NCBI GenBank assembly: GCA_012974295.1
Contig: JAAXQM010000016.1
Span: 121-64,120 of the forward strand
Reading direction: 5' to 3'
DNA length: 64,000 nt
From: Dehalococcoidales bacterium
GTDB taxonomy: Bacteria > Chloroflexota > Dehalococcoidia > E44-bin15
This document shows, in pieces, positions 1-9,355 of this stretch. Within the stretch, counting starts at the first letter, position 1, and each line of letters begins with the position of its first letter. Made by a program: the position numbers and the translations under genes. Below the pieces are notes generated by a model. That model ran no database searches. It was not told the DNA's origin and was given only the letters and a program-made list of their open reading frames with translations.

Positions 1-72
1 TGAGCCGTGTGGGTTTCGAACCCACGACACCCTGATTAAAAGTCAGGTGCTCTACCCCTGAGCTAACGGCCC
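1..72 (-). tRNA. tRNA-Lys (anticodon UUU). The 3' end is truncated by the window edge (discriminator at position 1, CCA outside the window).
   Basis: Reverse complement reads GGGCCGT-TA-GCTC-AGGGGTA-GAGC-A-CCTGA-CTTTTAA-TCAGG-GTGTC-GTGGG-TTCGAAA-CCCAC-ACGGCTC-A, a complete cloverleaf with a 7-nt anticodon loop CUUUUAA. Confidence 0.8.
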
Positions 73-205
73 ACCGACCCACTGATTGTAGCATTCACTG
101 AGGCAAGCTTCAAGCTTGTTTACTTACTCAGCAAACAAGCAGCAAATTACCGCCAATCGATAGTTATTATAAATTGATCGATAATACAGTTCCCCAAGGT
201 TTTAG

Positions 206-3200
206 TCAGCCTTTTGCCATCGCCTGCAATGTTTTTAAAAGAGCCGTACGCCATCGGGAGCCCAGGCGTTTCGTATCCAGTCGCACCTGGTTTGTCCCAG
301 CCTTCACCCCATCGCCCAGAGTTTTCTCCAGGAGTGCCTTGTCCACCTGTTTACCCTCAACCATCCTGAGTACTATTGATTTATCGTCGGTATCTATGGA
401 CTCAATTCCAACATCCACAGCCAATAGTTTGACCTCTATAGCATAGAGAAGGTTTGCTACCTGAGATGGCACGGGACCAAATCTATCCTTAAGCTCATCA
501 GCCATATCGGCCACCTGCTGTGTGGTGCTCAGCTTCGCCAGTCGTTGATAGAGGGTGAGTCGCATATCAATATCGGAGACATATTCTCGGGGGATGAGTG
601 ATTGCATAGGCAGATCAATAGTAGGTGACTGCAGTGGGGATGTCCTTTTAATCCCTCCCTCCCGTAACGCCGCCACTGCCTCTTGAAGCAATCGGCAATA
701 GAGGTCAAACCCTACAGAGCTGATATGCCCGCTCTGTGCCGCCCCCAAGAGGTTGCCCGCCCCTCTTATCTCCAGGTCCCTCATAGCAATGCGGAAGCCA
801 GAGCCAAGCTCGGTGGCCTCGAAGATAGTCTTTAGACGACGATGCGCCTGAGGGGTAAGACGCTTACCCTTGGCGTAAAGGAAATATGCGTAAGCGCGGT
901 TGGTACCTCTTCCCACACGCCCCCTGAGCTGATACAGTTGCGCCAGCCCCAGTTTATCGGCATCGTTCACGATGAGAGTGTTTACGTTGGGTATATCCAA
1001 TCCCGACTCGATAATGGTGGTTGATACCAGGATATCGATATTACCCTGGGAGAATTCAAGCATTACATGCTCAAGTGGCTCCTCGTGCATCTGGCCATGG
1101 GCAACAGCAATCTCCGCCTCCGGTACCAGCGCTCCTAATATCGAGGCGACCCTGTGAATGCTCGCTACCCGATTATGGACAAAGAAAACTTGCCCCCCTC
1201 TGTCGAGTTCCCTGAGGATAGCCTCCCGAATCAGCCGCTCGTTGTACTCGGAGATATAGGTCTTTATGGGCAACCTCTCCTCGGGGGGGGTATCCATAGT
1301 ACTCATATCGCGCACCCCCGAAAGTGACATATAAAGGGTGCGAGGAATGGGAGTAGCGGTGAGCGTGAGGACATCAAGCTCCTGTCGCATTTTTTTCAGG
1401 TACTCCTTATGGACTACGCCGAAGCGCTGCTCCTCGTCGATGACCACTAGACCCAGGTTCTTGAAGCTGACATCCTTTTGCAGCAGGCGGTGGGTGCCGA
1501 TGACGATATCGATGGTGCCCTGCTTGAGCCCGGCGATGACCTCCCCCTGCTCACGCTCAGTGCGAAAACGGCTCAATACTCCCACATTAATAGGGAAAGC
1601 GGTAAGCCGCTCGCTAAAAGTTTGAAAGTGCTGTTGTGCGAGAACCGTGGTCGGTACGAGAATCGCCACCTGAGCGCTGTCCATGACTGCCTTGAAGGCT
1701 GCTCTGAGGGCGACCTCCGTTTTGCCATAGCCCACATCGCCGCAAATAAGCCGGTCCATGGGCTTTGCCCTTTCCATATCCTGCTTGGTCTCCAGCACCG
1801 CCCGAATCTGATCCGGTGTCTCGATATAAGGGAAAGAGGCCTCCAGTTCCTCCTGCCAAGTAGTATCAGGTGAGCAGGAGAATCCAGAACTGACCTCCCT
1901 GGCAGCATAGAGATCGAGTAACTCCCTCGCCAGTTCCCATGCTGCCTCCCTCACCCGCTTCTTTGTCCGTGCCCACTCCTGGGTACCCAATCGATTTAGT
2001 GCTGGCGGAGCGCCACTGAGTCCGATATGGCGACCGATCCGGTCAATCTGATCGCTGGGTACATAAAGCCTGTCACTTGCAGCGTATTCCAGGATCAGGT
2101 ATTCACGCTTTGTCTCACCCACCGCCATCATAATAGTGCCGGCGAACCTGGCAATGCCATGATCGACGTGCACCACATAGTCACCAATAGATAGCTCGGA
2201 GATAGATCCTGCCTGGCGCATCGGGTGCCGCTTCATACGTCGTCTTTTCTTCGTGAAGCCGAAAAGCTCGGCGTCCGTAAATAGCGCCACCGAATCCATT
2301 GCCCACCCCCGAGCCAGCGAGCCCTGAACCAGGGTGATAGCTCCCGGTGGCGGCGGTCCCGTTAGCTCGGATACAGGAGGAGCAATGATGTCTTCTTCCT
2401 CAAAAAGCTCGGAGAGCCTCCTTGCCTGATGTGACACAATAACGATTCGCTTGTCCCTTTTCTTAAGCGTTTCTTTGGTATCTCTGATGAAAGCGTCAAG
2501 CCTTCCTCCGTATTCAGGTGCCGCAACAAAGGGGAGTATGGATTCGGCATCCCCCTGCTGCCATGACATGATGGATAATGTCCGCCCTCTTTCGTTCTCC
2601 CCATCCTTCCCAACCCCTCTTTCGAACTTTTCGAACTTTCCACTTTTCCCAACCTCGCTAAACCTGGCTGTTAGCTCATCCCGGGTAAGGTATGGGATGG
2701 GGAAATTTCGGGGCAGTTCTCCCCGGACTACCTGCTCTCTCCTTATCTCCTGCGCTTCAGCATCCAAGTCCTCCAGAGCTTGTGCTATCTCCGAGGGTTG
2801 ATCAAGGACGAGAATGGCGTTTTGCGGTAGATAGTCGAGGATGTTCCCTGTACTGGAGAGAGCGTTATAGATCTCGATCCCCTCAATATGCTCGCCACCC
2901 AGGAGTTTCTCCACCTCATCAGCTATCCTTTCTCGAGCTTCAACCTCGCAGTTAGACAGGTCCATTTGCCGTAACATCTCTTCAAGCCTTTGTTTATTGG
3001 TGAACAGTGCTTCCTTTGCCGGGATAACTTCTATCGATGTCACCAGCTTCGATGATCGCTGCGTTGCCGGGTCAAAAAGGCGGATGCTAACCACCTCATC
3101 GCCAAATAGCTCAATCCTCGCTGGCAGATCGCTGGCAGTCGAGTAAATGTCGATGATTCCCCCACGGCGACTGAAGTTCCCGGGTACCTCTACCATTTGC

Positions 3201-3727
3201 TCCCGCTCATAGCCAATAGCCATCCACCTGGCCAGTACCTCATCGATATTGAACTTCATCCCTTGCCAGATAGTGTGGATTGCAGCATCGAAATCGGCAG
3301 GTGATAGGGTATTTCGGACAACTGCATGAGATGATGCGATAACCAGCGGAGCGTTATCCTCATTATTCGCATTTTTCGAATATCTCAGGGTATTGAGAGC
3401 ATTGATTCGCTGCTGAATAGTTGCTGGGTCTGAATCGAGGCGCTCGTAGGGGAGAGCATCGGGCTCGGGGAAGATACAGGGATCGCTTCCCCACATGAGA
3501 AGCTGATCTTGGAGCTGCTTAGCCCCCTCCGGCCGCGGCGTGACCACCAACATCGGACAGCCCAGGTCCCGGTAGAGCGCCGCGAGGAGATAGGGCTTAG
3601 CCTCATCAAGCACTACAATCTGTTGCTCCTCACCACCATTTTTCGAACTTTTGGGAATAAGCGCATCCAGGAGCTGAGAGTATCCTGGTACCTCATCTAT
3701 CAGAGGAAGCAAACAACTCAAATTCAT
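206..3727 (-). CDS. mfd: Transcription-repair coupling factor Mfd
   Basis: 1173 aa ORF with a superfamily-2 helicase core (GDVGYGKTEVA Walker A, DEEQRFGV box), a RecG-like wedge, and the TRCF C-terminal domain. Confidence 0.95.
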   Translation of the reverse strand: MNLSCLLPLIDEVPGYSQLLDALIPKSSKNGGEEQQIVVLDEAKPYLLAALYRDLGCPMLVVTPRPEGAKQLQDQLLMWGSDPCIFPEPDALPYERLDSDPATIQQRINALNTLRYSKNANNEDNAPLVIASSHAVVRNTLSPADFDAAIHTIWQGMKFNIDEVLARWMAIGYEREQMVEVPGNFSRRGGIIDIYSTASDLPARIELFGDEVVSIRLFDPATQRSSKLVTSIEVIPAKEALFTNKQRLEEMLRQMDLSNCEVEARERIADEVEKLLGGEHIEGIEIYNALSSTGNILDYLPQNAILVLDQPSEIAQALEDLDAEAQEIRREQVVRGELPRNFPIPYLTRDELTARFSEVGKSGKFEKFERGVGKDGENERGRTLSIMSWQQGDAESILPFVAAPEYGGRLDAFIRDTKETLKKRDKRIVIVSHQARRLSELFEEEDIIAPPVSELTGPPPPGAITLVQGSLARGWAMDSVALFTDAELFGFTKKRRRMKRHPMRQAGSISELSIGDYVVHVDHGIARFAGTIMMAVGETKREYLILEYAASDRLYVPSDQIDRIGRHIGLSGAPPALNRLGTQEWARTKKRVREAAWELARELLDLYAAREVSSGFSCSPDTTWQEELEASFPYIETPDQIRAVLETKQDMERAKPMDRLICGDVGYGKTEVALRAAFKAVMDSAQVAILVPTTVLAQQHFQTFSERLTAFPINVGVLSRFRTEREQGEVIAGLKQGTIDIVIGTHRLLQKDVSFKNLGLVVIDEEQRFGVVHKEYLKKMRQELDVLTLTATPIPRTLYMSLSGVRDMSTMDTPPEERLPIKTYISEYNERLIREAILRELDRGGQVFFVHNRVASIHRVASILGALVPEAEIAVAHGQMHEEPLEHVMLEFSQGNIDILVSTTIIESGLDIPNVNTLIVNDADKLGLAQLYQLRGRVGRGTNRAYAYFLYAKGKRLTPQAHRRLKTIFEATELGSGFRIAMRDLEIRGAGNLLGAAQSGHISSVGFDLYCRLLQEAVAALREGGIKRTSPLQSPTIDLPMQSLIPREYVSDIDMRLTLYQRLAKLSTTQQVADMADELKDRFGPVPSQVANLLYAIEVKLLAVDVGIESIDTDDKSIVLRMVEGKQVDKALLEKTLGDGVKAGTNQVRLDTKRLGSRWRTALLKTLQAMAKG

Positions 3728-3793
3728 CTTTCCGTCTTTGTGTCCCTTCGTTCCACTCGATCCCTAGAGAAGGCATGCATCAGCTTTGAGAGA

Positions 3794-3907
3794 CTGCTGA
3801 AATAGTTTCAATCAACCCCCGAATCCCCCAATCTTGGGGGATTATTTAAGCAGGGGGACACCCCCAGACCCAACAGGAAGTATCCTGTACCTCTTTTTCA
3901 GCGGTCT
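3794..3907. repeat. Copy a of a ~115 bp structured intergenic repeat element (TIR CTGCTGAAATAG...TTTTTCAGCGGTCT)
   Basis: Shares the ordered blocks CTGCTGAAATAGnCTCAAT, CCAATCTTGGGGGA, AAGCnGGGGGACACCCCCAG and CCTCTTTTTCAGCGGTCT with the copies at 19933, 23551 and 61562 (inverted). Confidence 0.7.
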
Positions 3908-4168
3908 TTCTAAAAACGATGTCCAAATGTGACTCATCAGCTTATGCAACACCTAAAGGGCTAGCCACTGCTGGCTAGCCCTGTCCGAATTCTAGCATAG
4001 CGCCCCGTGTAGATCAATACGGACGGATACTCTATGCACCCAGTACATTAGCGGTACAGTGGAACGTGGGGACGTGAAGATTGCCGCGCTGCGCTCTCAA
4101 TGAAATATTGTCCATTCCTACGTTGAAACCAGGCTATATGCTATAATATTGCAGTCTAGAGAGAGTCA

Positions 4169-5308
4169 ATGGGTAACAAGGGCAAAAAGAGCGAATATAG
4201 GCGGATCGTAGCCAAGTTTGGCACAAACCTGCTCACTGCAGGCACCGAGCACCTCGACCTCGAGGTGATGGCTACCCTTGTCGGGCAGGTGGTCCGGCTT
4301 CATCAGCAGGGTTTGGAGGTGATTATCGTCTCCTCGGGAGCCGTCGCCGCAGGGAGGCAACAGTTGAGGCTCGCTAAGGAGAGGAAGGACATCCCCTCCC
4401 GCCAGGTGATGGCTGCTGTGGGGCAGAACGCACTGATGCATTCCTATGAGCAGCTCTTCGACTGGCATGGCATTACGGTGGCCCAGGCCCTCTTAACCAA
4501 GGCGAACCTCTCCGACCGCCTGGGCTATCTGAACGCTCGCAATACCTTACTGGCGCTCCTGGAACTGGGAGTGGTGCCTATCATCAATGAGAACGATGTG
4601 GTATCGGTGTACGAGCTTGAGGGGGCGGCATTTGGCGATAACGATAATCTCTCCGGGATGGTATCAAATCTGGTGGATGCTGACCTTTTAGTGGTCCTCT
4701 GCGATGTCGTCGGGCTATGCACCGCGGACCCGGCCACCGACCGCAGCGCTCAGCTTATCACCCGCGTGGACTGTATTGATAAGCGGATCGAGCACCTGGC
4801 TGGCGGCACAAGGGGGCGAGGAGTTGGTGGAATGGCGACCAAGGTTCAGGCAGCGCGGCTGGCTTCAGCCTCGGGTGCCACAGTGATCATCGCCGATGGT
4901 AAGGAGCAGGATCTTCTCTCGAGGCTGGTTAAGGGCGAGTCAATCGGTACTCTCTTCCCCCCCACAGCCAGCAAGATGGAGAGCAGGAAACGCTGGATGC
5001 TTACCGGGTTGGCCATAAAGGGGAGTCTGGTAGTCGATGATGGGGCAGTTGTGGCGCTGAAGGAACAGAACAAGAGCCTGCTTCCTGCGGGCATCAAAGC
5101 GGTGGATGGTGATTTTTTACGGGGAGATGCGGTTGACATTATTATCGAGAAAGGTAAAAAGGGCGAAAAAATCGCCCGCGGTATATCCAACTATTCGTCG
5201 CGGGAGCTTGCTGTGATCAAGGGTGCTCGCTCCAACAGAATCGAGAGCTTACTGGGCTATGGGTATGGAGACGAGGTGGTGCACCGGAATAATTTGGTGG
5301 TTTTGTAA
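4169..5308 (+). CDS. proB: Glutamate 5-kinase with C-terminal PUA domain
   Basis: 379 aa with an amino-acid kinase fold (KFGTNLL..., VIIVSSGAVAAG) and a C-terminal PUA domain. Followed directly by proA. Confidence 0.95.
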   Translation: MGNKGKKSEYRRIVAKFGTNLLTAGTEHLDLEVMATLVGQVVRLHQQGLEVIIVSSGAVAAGRQQLRLAKERKDIPSRQVMAAVGQNALMHSYEQLFDWHGITVAQALLTKANLSDRLGYLNARNTLLALLELGVVPIINENDVVSVYELEGAAFGDNDNLSGMVSNLVDADLLVVLCDVVGLCTADPATDRSAQLITRVDCIDKRIEHLAGGTRGRGVGGMATKVQAARLASASGATVIIADGKEQDLLSRLVKGESIGTLFPPTASKMESRKRWMLTGLAIKGSLVVDDGAVVALKEQNKSLLPAGIKAVDGDFLRGDAVDIIIEKGKKGEKIARGISNYSSRELAVIKGARSNRIESLLGYGYGDEVVHRNNLVVL

Positions 5309-5319
5309 GGGGGAAAGAA

Positions 5320-6585
5320 ATGCAATCAGCCATCAAGGAGTTGGAAAATAAAGCGAAAGCGGCTAAGGCAGCCTCACGAAAGCTTGCTCATCTGCCTACA
5401 GAGGTAAAGAATAAGGCTCTTGTCACTATCGCTGAAAGCCTTATTACGAGAGAGGGTGAGATCCTCGATGCCAATCGCCTCGACTGTGGGGATGCCAAGG
5501 CCTCGAGCATGGATGATGCCATGCTCGACCGCCTGGTGCTCGACTCCAGCCGCCTCCAGTCGATGGCTGACGATGTGCGCACCGTCGCTTCGCTCCCTGA
5601 TCCGGTTGGCGAAGCCTTCGATGCCAAAGTGTTGCCAAATGGCCTGCGCATCGAGAAGAGGAGGGTGCCGCTGGGGGTTATCGGCGTCATATTCGAAAGC
5701 CGCCCCAATGTCACCGTTGATATATCCTCGTTGTGTCTTAAATCGGGCAATGCTGTTATCCTACGCGGGGGCAAGGAGGCTCTGCGCTCTAATAGCGCCC
5801 TTGCTATGGTGATTAAAGAAGCAGCTCAGGCAGGCGGGGTTCCCGGCGATGCTATCCAGTTCATTGAGTCCCCCGAGAGGGAGCTGGTGAGCCGCATGCT
5901 TAAGATGAACGAAAACATAGACCTCATCATCCCGCGCGGCGGCGAACAGCTTGTCGCACTTGTTACCGAGAATGCTGCCATGCCGGTACTCGCCAGCGGC
6001 GTAGGCATCTGCCATACATATGTGGATCGCACCGCTGACCTGGAAAAGGCGGTGGCTATCGCCTTTAACGCCAAGGTGCAGCGCCCCACTGTCTGTAATG
6101 CCCTGGACTGCCTGCTGGTGCACAGCGAAATAGCCGAGAGATACCTCCCTATGATCGCTACAGAGTGGGCCAAGGCCAGAGTGGAGATGCACTGCGATGA
6201 GCGGGCGTTAAAGATACTATCGAACTTCAAAGCTTTTCCTGCAACCGATTCCGATTGGGGCAAGGAGTTTCTAGCTCTAATTGCAGCAGTAAAGGTGGTG
6301 GACTCTGTGGATGAGGCGATGGAACATATCGCGCGCTACAACTCGGGGCACTCCGAGGCCATCATTACCGAAAACTATTCTACGGCCCATCGCTTCCTGG
6401 AGGAGGTTGATGCCGCCTGCGTATACGTCAACGCCAGCACCCGCTTTACCGATGGCGGACAGTTCGGATTGGGAGCCGAGGTGGGAATAAGTACCCAGAA
6501 GTTTCACGCACGTGGTCCCATGGGTTTAAAAGAGCTCACGACGTACAAGTGGGTCATTATGGGAAACGGCCAGGTCAGGCCCTAG
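5320..6585 (+). CDS. proA: Gamma-glutamyl phosphate reductase
   Basis: 421 aa aldehyde-dehydrogenase fold with a catalytic Cys region (PTVCNALDCLLVH). Forms a proBA operon. Confidence 0.95.
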   Translation: MQSAIKELENKAKAAKAASRKLAHLPTEVKNKALVTIAESLITREGEILDANRLDCGDAKASSMDDAMLDRLVLDSSRLQSMADDVRTVASLPDPVGEAFDAKVLPNGLRIEKRRVPLGVIGVIFESRPNVTVDISSLCLKSGNAVILRGGKEALRSNSALAMVIKEAAQAGGVPGDAIQFIESPERELVSRMLKMNENIDLIIPRGGEQLVALVTENAAMPVLASGVGICHTYVDRTADLEKAVAIAFNAKVQRPTVCNALDCLLVHSEIAERYLPMIATEWAKARVEMHCDERALKILSNFKAFPATDSDWGKEFLALIAAVKVVDSVDEAMEHIARYNSGHSEAIITENYSTAHRFLEEVDAACVYVNASTRFTDGGQFGLGAEVGISTQKFHARGPMGLKELTTYKWVIMGNGQVRP

Positions 6586-7523
6586 GACTTCCTCCCCACC
6601 AGCGAGCGTACCTCTTCTACTACGCCTGTGGCAGTGAGCCCATGCTTTTCCAGGAGTTCTTCACCTTTTCCTGAAGAGGAAAATACGTCCTTTATTGTCA
6701 TAAAAGACATGGGCACCGGGTGCTGTTTCGCCACTACCAGAGCTACCCTGCTCCCCAACCCGCCATGTTGTAGATGCTCCTCGGCGGTGAGGATAGCGCC
6801 CGTCTCTTCGGCGGCCTTTACTATCGTTTTCTCATCAAGGGGTTTGAGGGTGGACATGTTGATAACACGCAATTCGATGCCCTCTCGCGCCAGCGTATCA
6901 GCAGCCTGAAGTGCCCGTTCAACCATGATACCGATGGCGATAACCGTCGCATCCCCTCCCCCTCTCATGGTCACCGATTTGCCCATGACAAAGTTATAAT
7001 GATCTCTACACACGATAGGCATTTTAGGACGAGCGAGCCTGATATAGAATGGGCCATGGGTCGCTGCTGCCGCTCTTATTACCTGGTCTGCTTCGATAGC
7101 ATCGGCGGGGACGATAACGGTGAAGCCAGGGAGGGCGCACATTAGAGCCAAATCTTCGATGGCGTGGTGGGAGCAGCCATCCTCCCCTACGGTAATGCCG
7201 CCATGCGTGGCCACGATCTTCACGTTTTGATGGGACTGGGCAATTGACACCCTAACCTGGTCATAGCATCTTGTAGTGGCAAACACAGCAAAGGTACTGG
7301 CAAATACCGTCTTCCCGCATGCAGCTAGCCCGGCGGCAATGCCCATCATATTTTGCTCGGCGACGCCACAATCGAAGAACCTGTCGGGGAATTCCTTAGC
7401 AAACAGGTGGGTCATCGTTGAGCGGGAGAGATCGGCATCGAGCACTACGATATTCTCGTTTTCCCTACCCAGCTCGACCAGGGCATTCCCGTAGGCATTC
7501 CTGATAGACATCTCCTCAGCCAT
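6582..7523 (-). CDS. Transketolase, C-terminal (pyrimidine-binding) subunit
   Basis: 313 aa, two-subunit transketolase B chain. The 4-bp gap to the upstream A chain suggests translational coupling. Confidence 0.9.
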   Translation of the reverse strand: MAEEMSIRNAYGNALVELGRENENIVVLDADLSRSTMTHLFAKEFPDRFFDCGVAEQNMMGIAAGLAACGKTVFASTFAVFATTRCYDQVRVSIAQSHQNVKIVATHGGITVGEDGCSHHAIEDLALMCALPGFTVIVPADAIEADQVIRAAAATHGPFYIRLARPKMPIVCRDHYNFVMGKSVTMRGGGDATVIAIGIMVERALQAADTLAREGIELRVINMSTLKPLDEKTIVKAAEETGAILTAEEHLQHGGLGSRVALVVAKQHPVPMSFMTIKDVFSSSGKGEELLEKHGLTATGVVEEVRSLVGRKS

Positions 7524-7526
7524 TTT

Positions 7527-8330
7527 CTACTCTAGCTCTCTAAGTGCTTGCTCCGCCTGCTCTGATGTGGGAGCCGTGCCGTGAAATTCGGCCTTGTTCT
7601 CCATGAAGCTGACCCCTTTTCCTTTAGTGGTGTGGGCGATGATGGCAGTGGGCTTGCCCTCTATTGTTTTCGCCTCGCTAAGGGCAGCAATGATTTGATC
7701 CAGGTCATGTCCATCAACCTCCATAGTATGCCATCCGAAAGAGCGCCACTTTTCAGGAAAGGGCTCGGTATTCATCACGTCGCAGCACCAGCCATCGATC
7801 TGCAGTCGGTTGCGGTCAATTATAGCTACCATGTTATCCAGCTTGTGGTGAGCGGCAGCCATCGCCGCCTCCCATACCTGCCCCTCGTTACACTCTCCGT
7901 CTCCGAGGAGAACGTATACCCGATAATCCCGACCATCGAGACGAGCAGCGAGGGCGTTGCCAATACCGAAGGATAAGCCCTGTCCCAATGCACCCGCTGA
8001 CATCTCGACGCCGGGAGTAGTGAGCATATGGGTATGACCCTGCAAACGGCTGCCCATCTGCCTCAGGGTTAGAAGCTCGGCAACAGGGAAGTATCCTGAC
8101 TCGGCCAGAGCGGCATAGAGAACAGGCGCAGCGTGGCCCTTGCTTAACACAAATCGGTCGCGATCTGGCCAGTGCGGATTCTGTGGATCGTGACGTAACA
8201 CGTGGAAGTAAAGGGCAGTTACCAGCTCTACTGCGGATAGGGAGCCTCCGGGGTGCCCGCTGCCTGCCCTTTCCGTCATGTTGATAATGTGGCGGCGCAG
8301 CGTTCTCGTTTTTTCCTTCATTTCCTCCAT
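7527..8330 (-). CDS. Transketolase, N-terminal (TPP-binding) subunit. The start is chosen at the internal Met (MEEMKEK...), and the ORF is open up to 8438.
   Basis: Contains the SGHPGGSLS and GDGECNEG TPP-binding motifs. The longer N-terminal extension lacks conservation. Confidence 0.85.
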   Translation of the reverse strand: MEEMKEKTRTLRRHIINMTERAGSGHPGGSLSAVELVTALYFHVLRHDPQNPHWPDRDRFVLSKGHAAPVLYAALAESGYFPVAELLTLRQMGSRLQGHTHMLTTPGVEMSAGALGQGLSFGIGNALAARLDGRDYRVYVLLGDGECNEGQVWEAAMAAAHHKLDNMVAIIDRNRLQIDGWCCDVMNTEPFPEKWRSFGWHTMEVDGHDLDQIIAALSEAKTIEGKPTAIIAHTTKGKGVSFMENKAEFHGTAPTSEQAEQALRELE

Positions 8331-8537
8331 GGATCCGGTGAGTGCTACCCCCTTACAAGAAGCAACCCCGGCTGCCAGGTGCGATGCCGAGGATACAAGC
8401 TCGGGAATATTGTTGAGCTTTCCCGTTGATGAAAGCAATAAACATCCCGTTGCTGTACCAGGCTATTATATAGCAGCGCAATTACACTGTCCATAACTTT
8501 TCTTGACCTTAAGGTAAATCTCCCGTAAAATCCTAGG

Positions 8538-9355
8538 GTGATTATTGATAGCCACACCCATATCTTTCCACCACGGATGAGCGAGCACCGGGAAGAGTAC
8601 ATAGAATATACGCTAAACCCACAGCGAAGATTGCCTCGTGCGAAGACCTTATAGCCATCATGGATGAAGAGGGCATCGATCGCTCCGTCATACTCAATGC
8701 CAACTGGGGCAGCCTCGATCTATGCCAGGAGACCAATGACTATATTATGGAGTCGACGTCCCGCTATCCTGACCGTCTGACCGGTTTCTGTTCCCTTCCA
8801 CCAAATGCGGGGGAGGTAGCCGTTGCAGAGCTCGAGCGTTGCATTCGCGGCGGGATCAGTGGCATCGGGGAGCTGAGACCTGATTTTCACGGCCTGGAAA
8901 AGGGTGATGAGGTTCTATTGGATCCCGTTTTCGAGGTGGCGAGGCGAAACCACCTTATCGTGTCGGTCCACGCATCCGAGCCCGTAGGACATGAATATGT
9001 GGGTAAGCAGAAAATCACCCCCGATGTCCTCGAAAAGCTCATTGCCAGATTCCCCGATATAACCATAATATGCGCCCATTGGGGGGGAGGGCTTCCCTTC
9101 TATGCCCTGATGCCCGAGGTGGCAGAAGCTCTTAAAAACGTCTATTTTGATAGCTCGGCATCGCCCTATCTGTACAAGCCTGAGATCTTCAGACATGTCG
9201 CCCAGATCGTAGGGACAGAGAAAGTACTCTTCGGCAGCGACTACCCCCTGATGCTACCAAGCCGGGTTCTGAAGCAGTTCCTTTCCCTTGACATGGGAGA
9301 AGTTGCCGAAGCTTCGATCTTAGGGGGGAACGCCAGAAGGCTCTTTGGTCTGTAA
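8538..9355 (+). pseudogene. Amidohydrolase-2 family metal-dependent hydrolase interrupted by a -1 frameshift near 8605-8615
   Basis: The GTG-initiated segment VIIDSHTHIFPP (canonical HxH start of TIM-barrel amidohydrolases) stops at 8652. The rest of the barrel (231 aa ORF 8660-9355) continues in frame -1, and the two frames overlap without a stop around 8609-8650. Confidence 0.6.

Noticed and set aside
174-446. A 90-aa + strand ORF at the window start
   Set aside because: It overlaps the tRNA flank and the 3' end of mfd on the opposite strand and has no supporting features.
842-1873. Several ORFs of 60-131 aa on the + strand inside mfd (842-1024, 972-1157, 1021-1215, 1338-1625, 1478-1873)
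   Set aside because: They lie entirely within the antisense of a strongly supported 1173-aa gene and have no RBS or conserved motifs. These are shadow ORFs typical of GC-rich coding DNA.
6582-8438. Transketolase encoded as two adjacent ORFs. This could be mistaken for a frameshifted tkt.
   Set aside because: The N- and C-terminal halves are each complete domains with their own start codons and a 3-bp gap. This is the well-known two-subunit transketolase arrangement, not a pseudogene.
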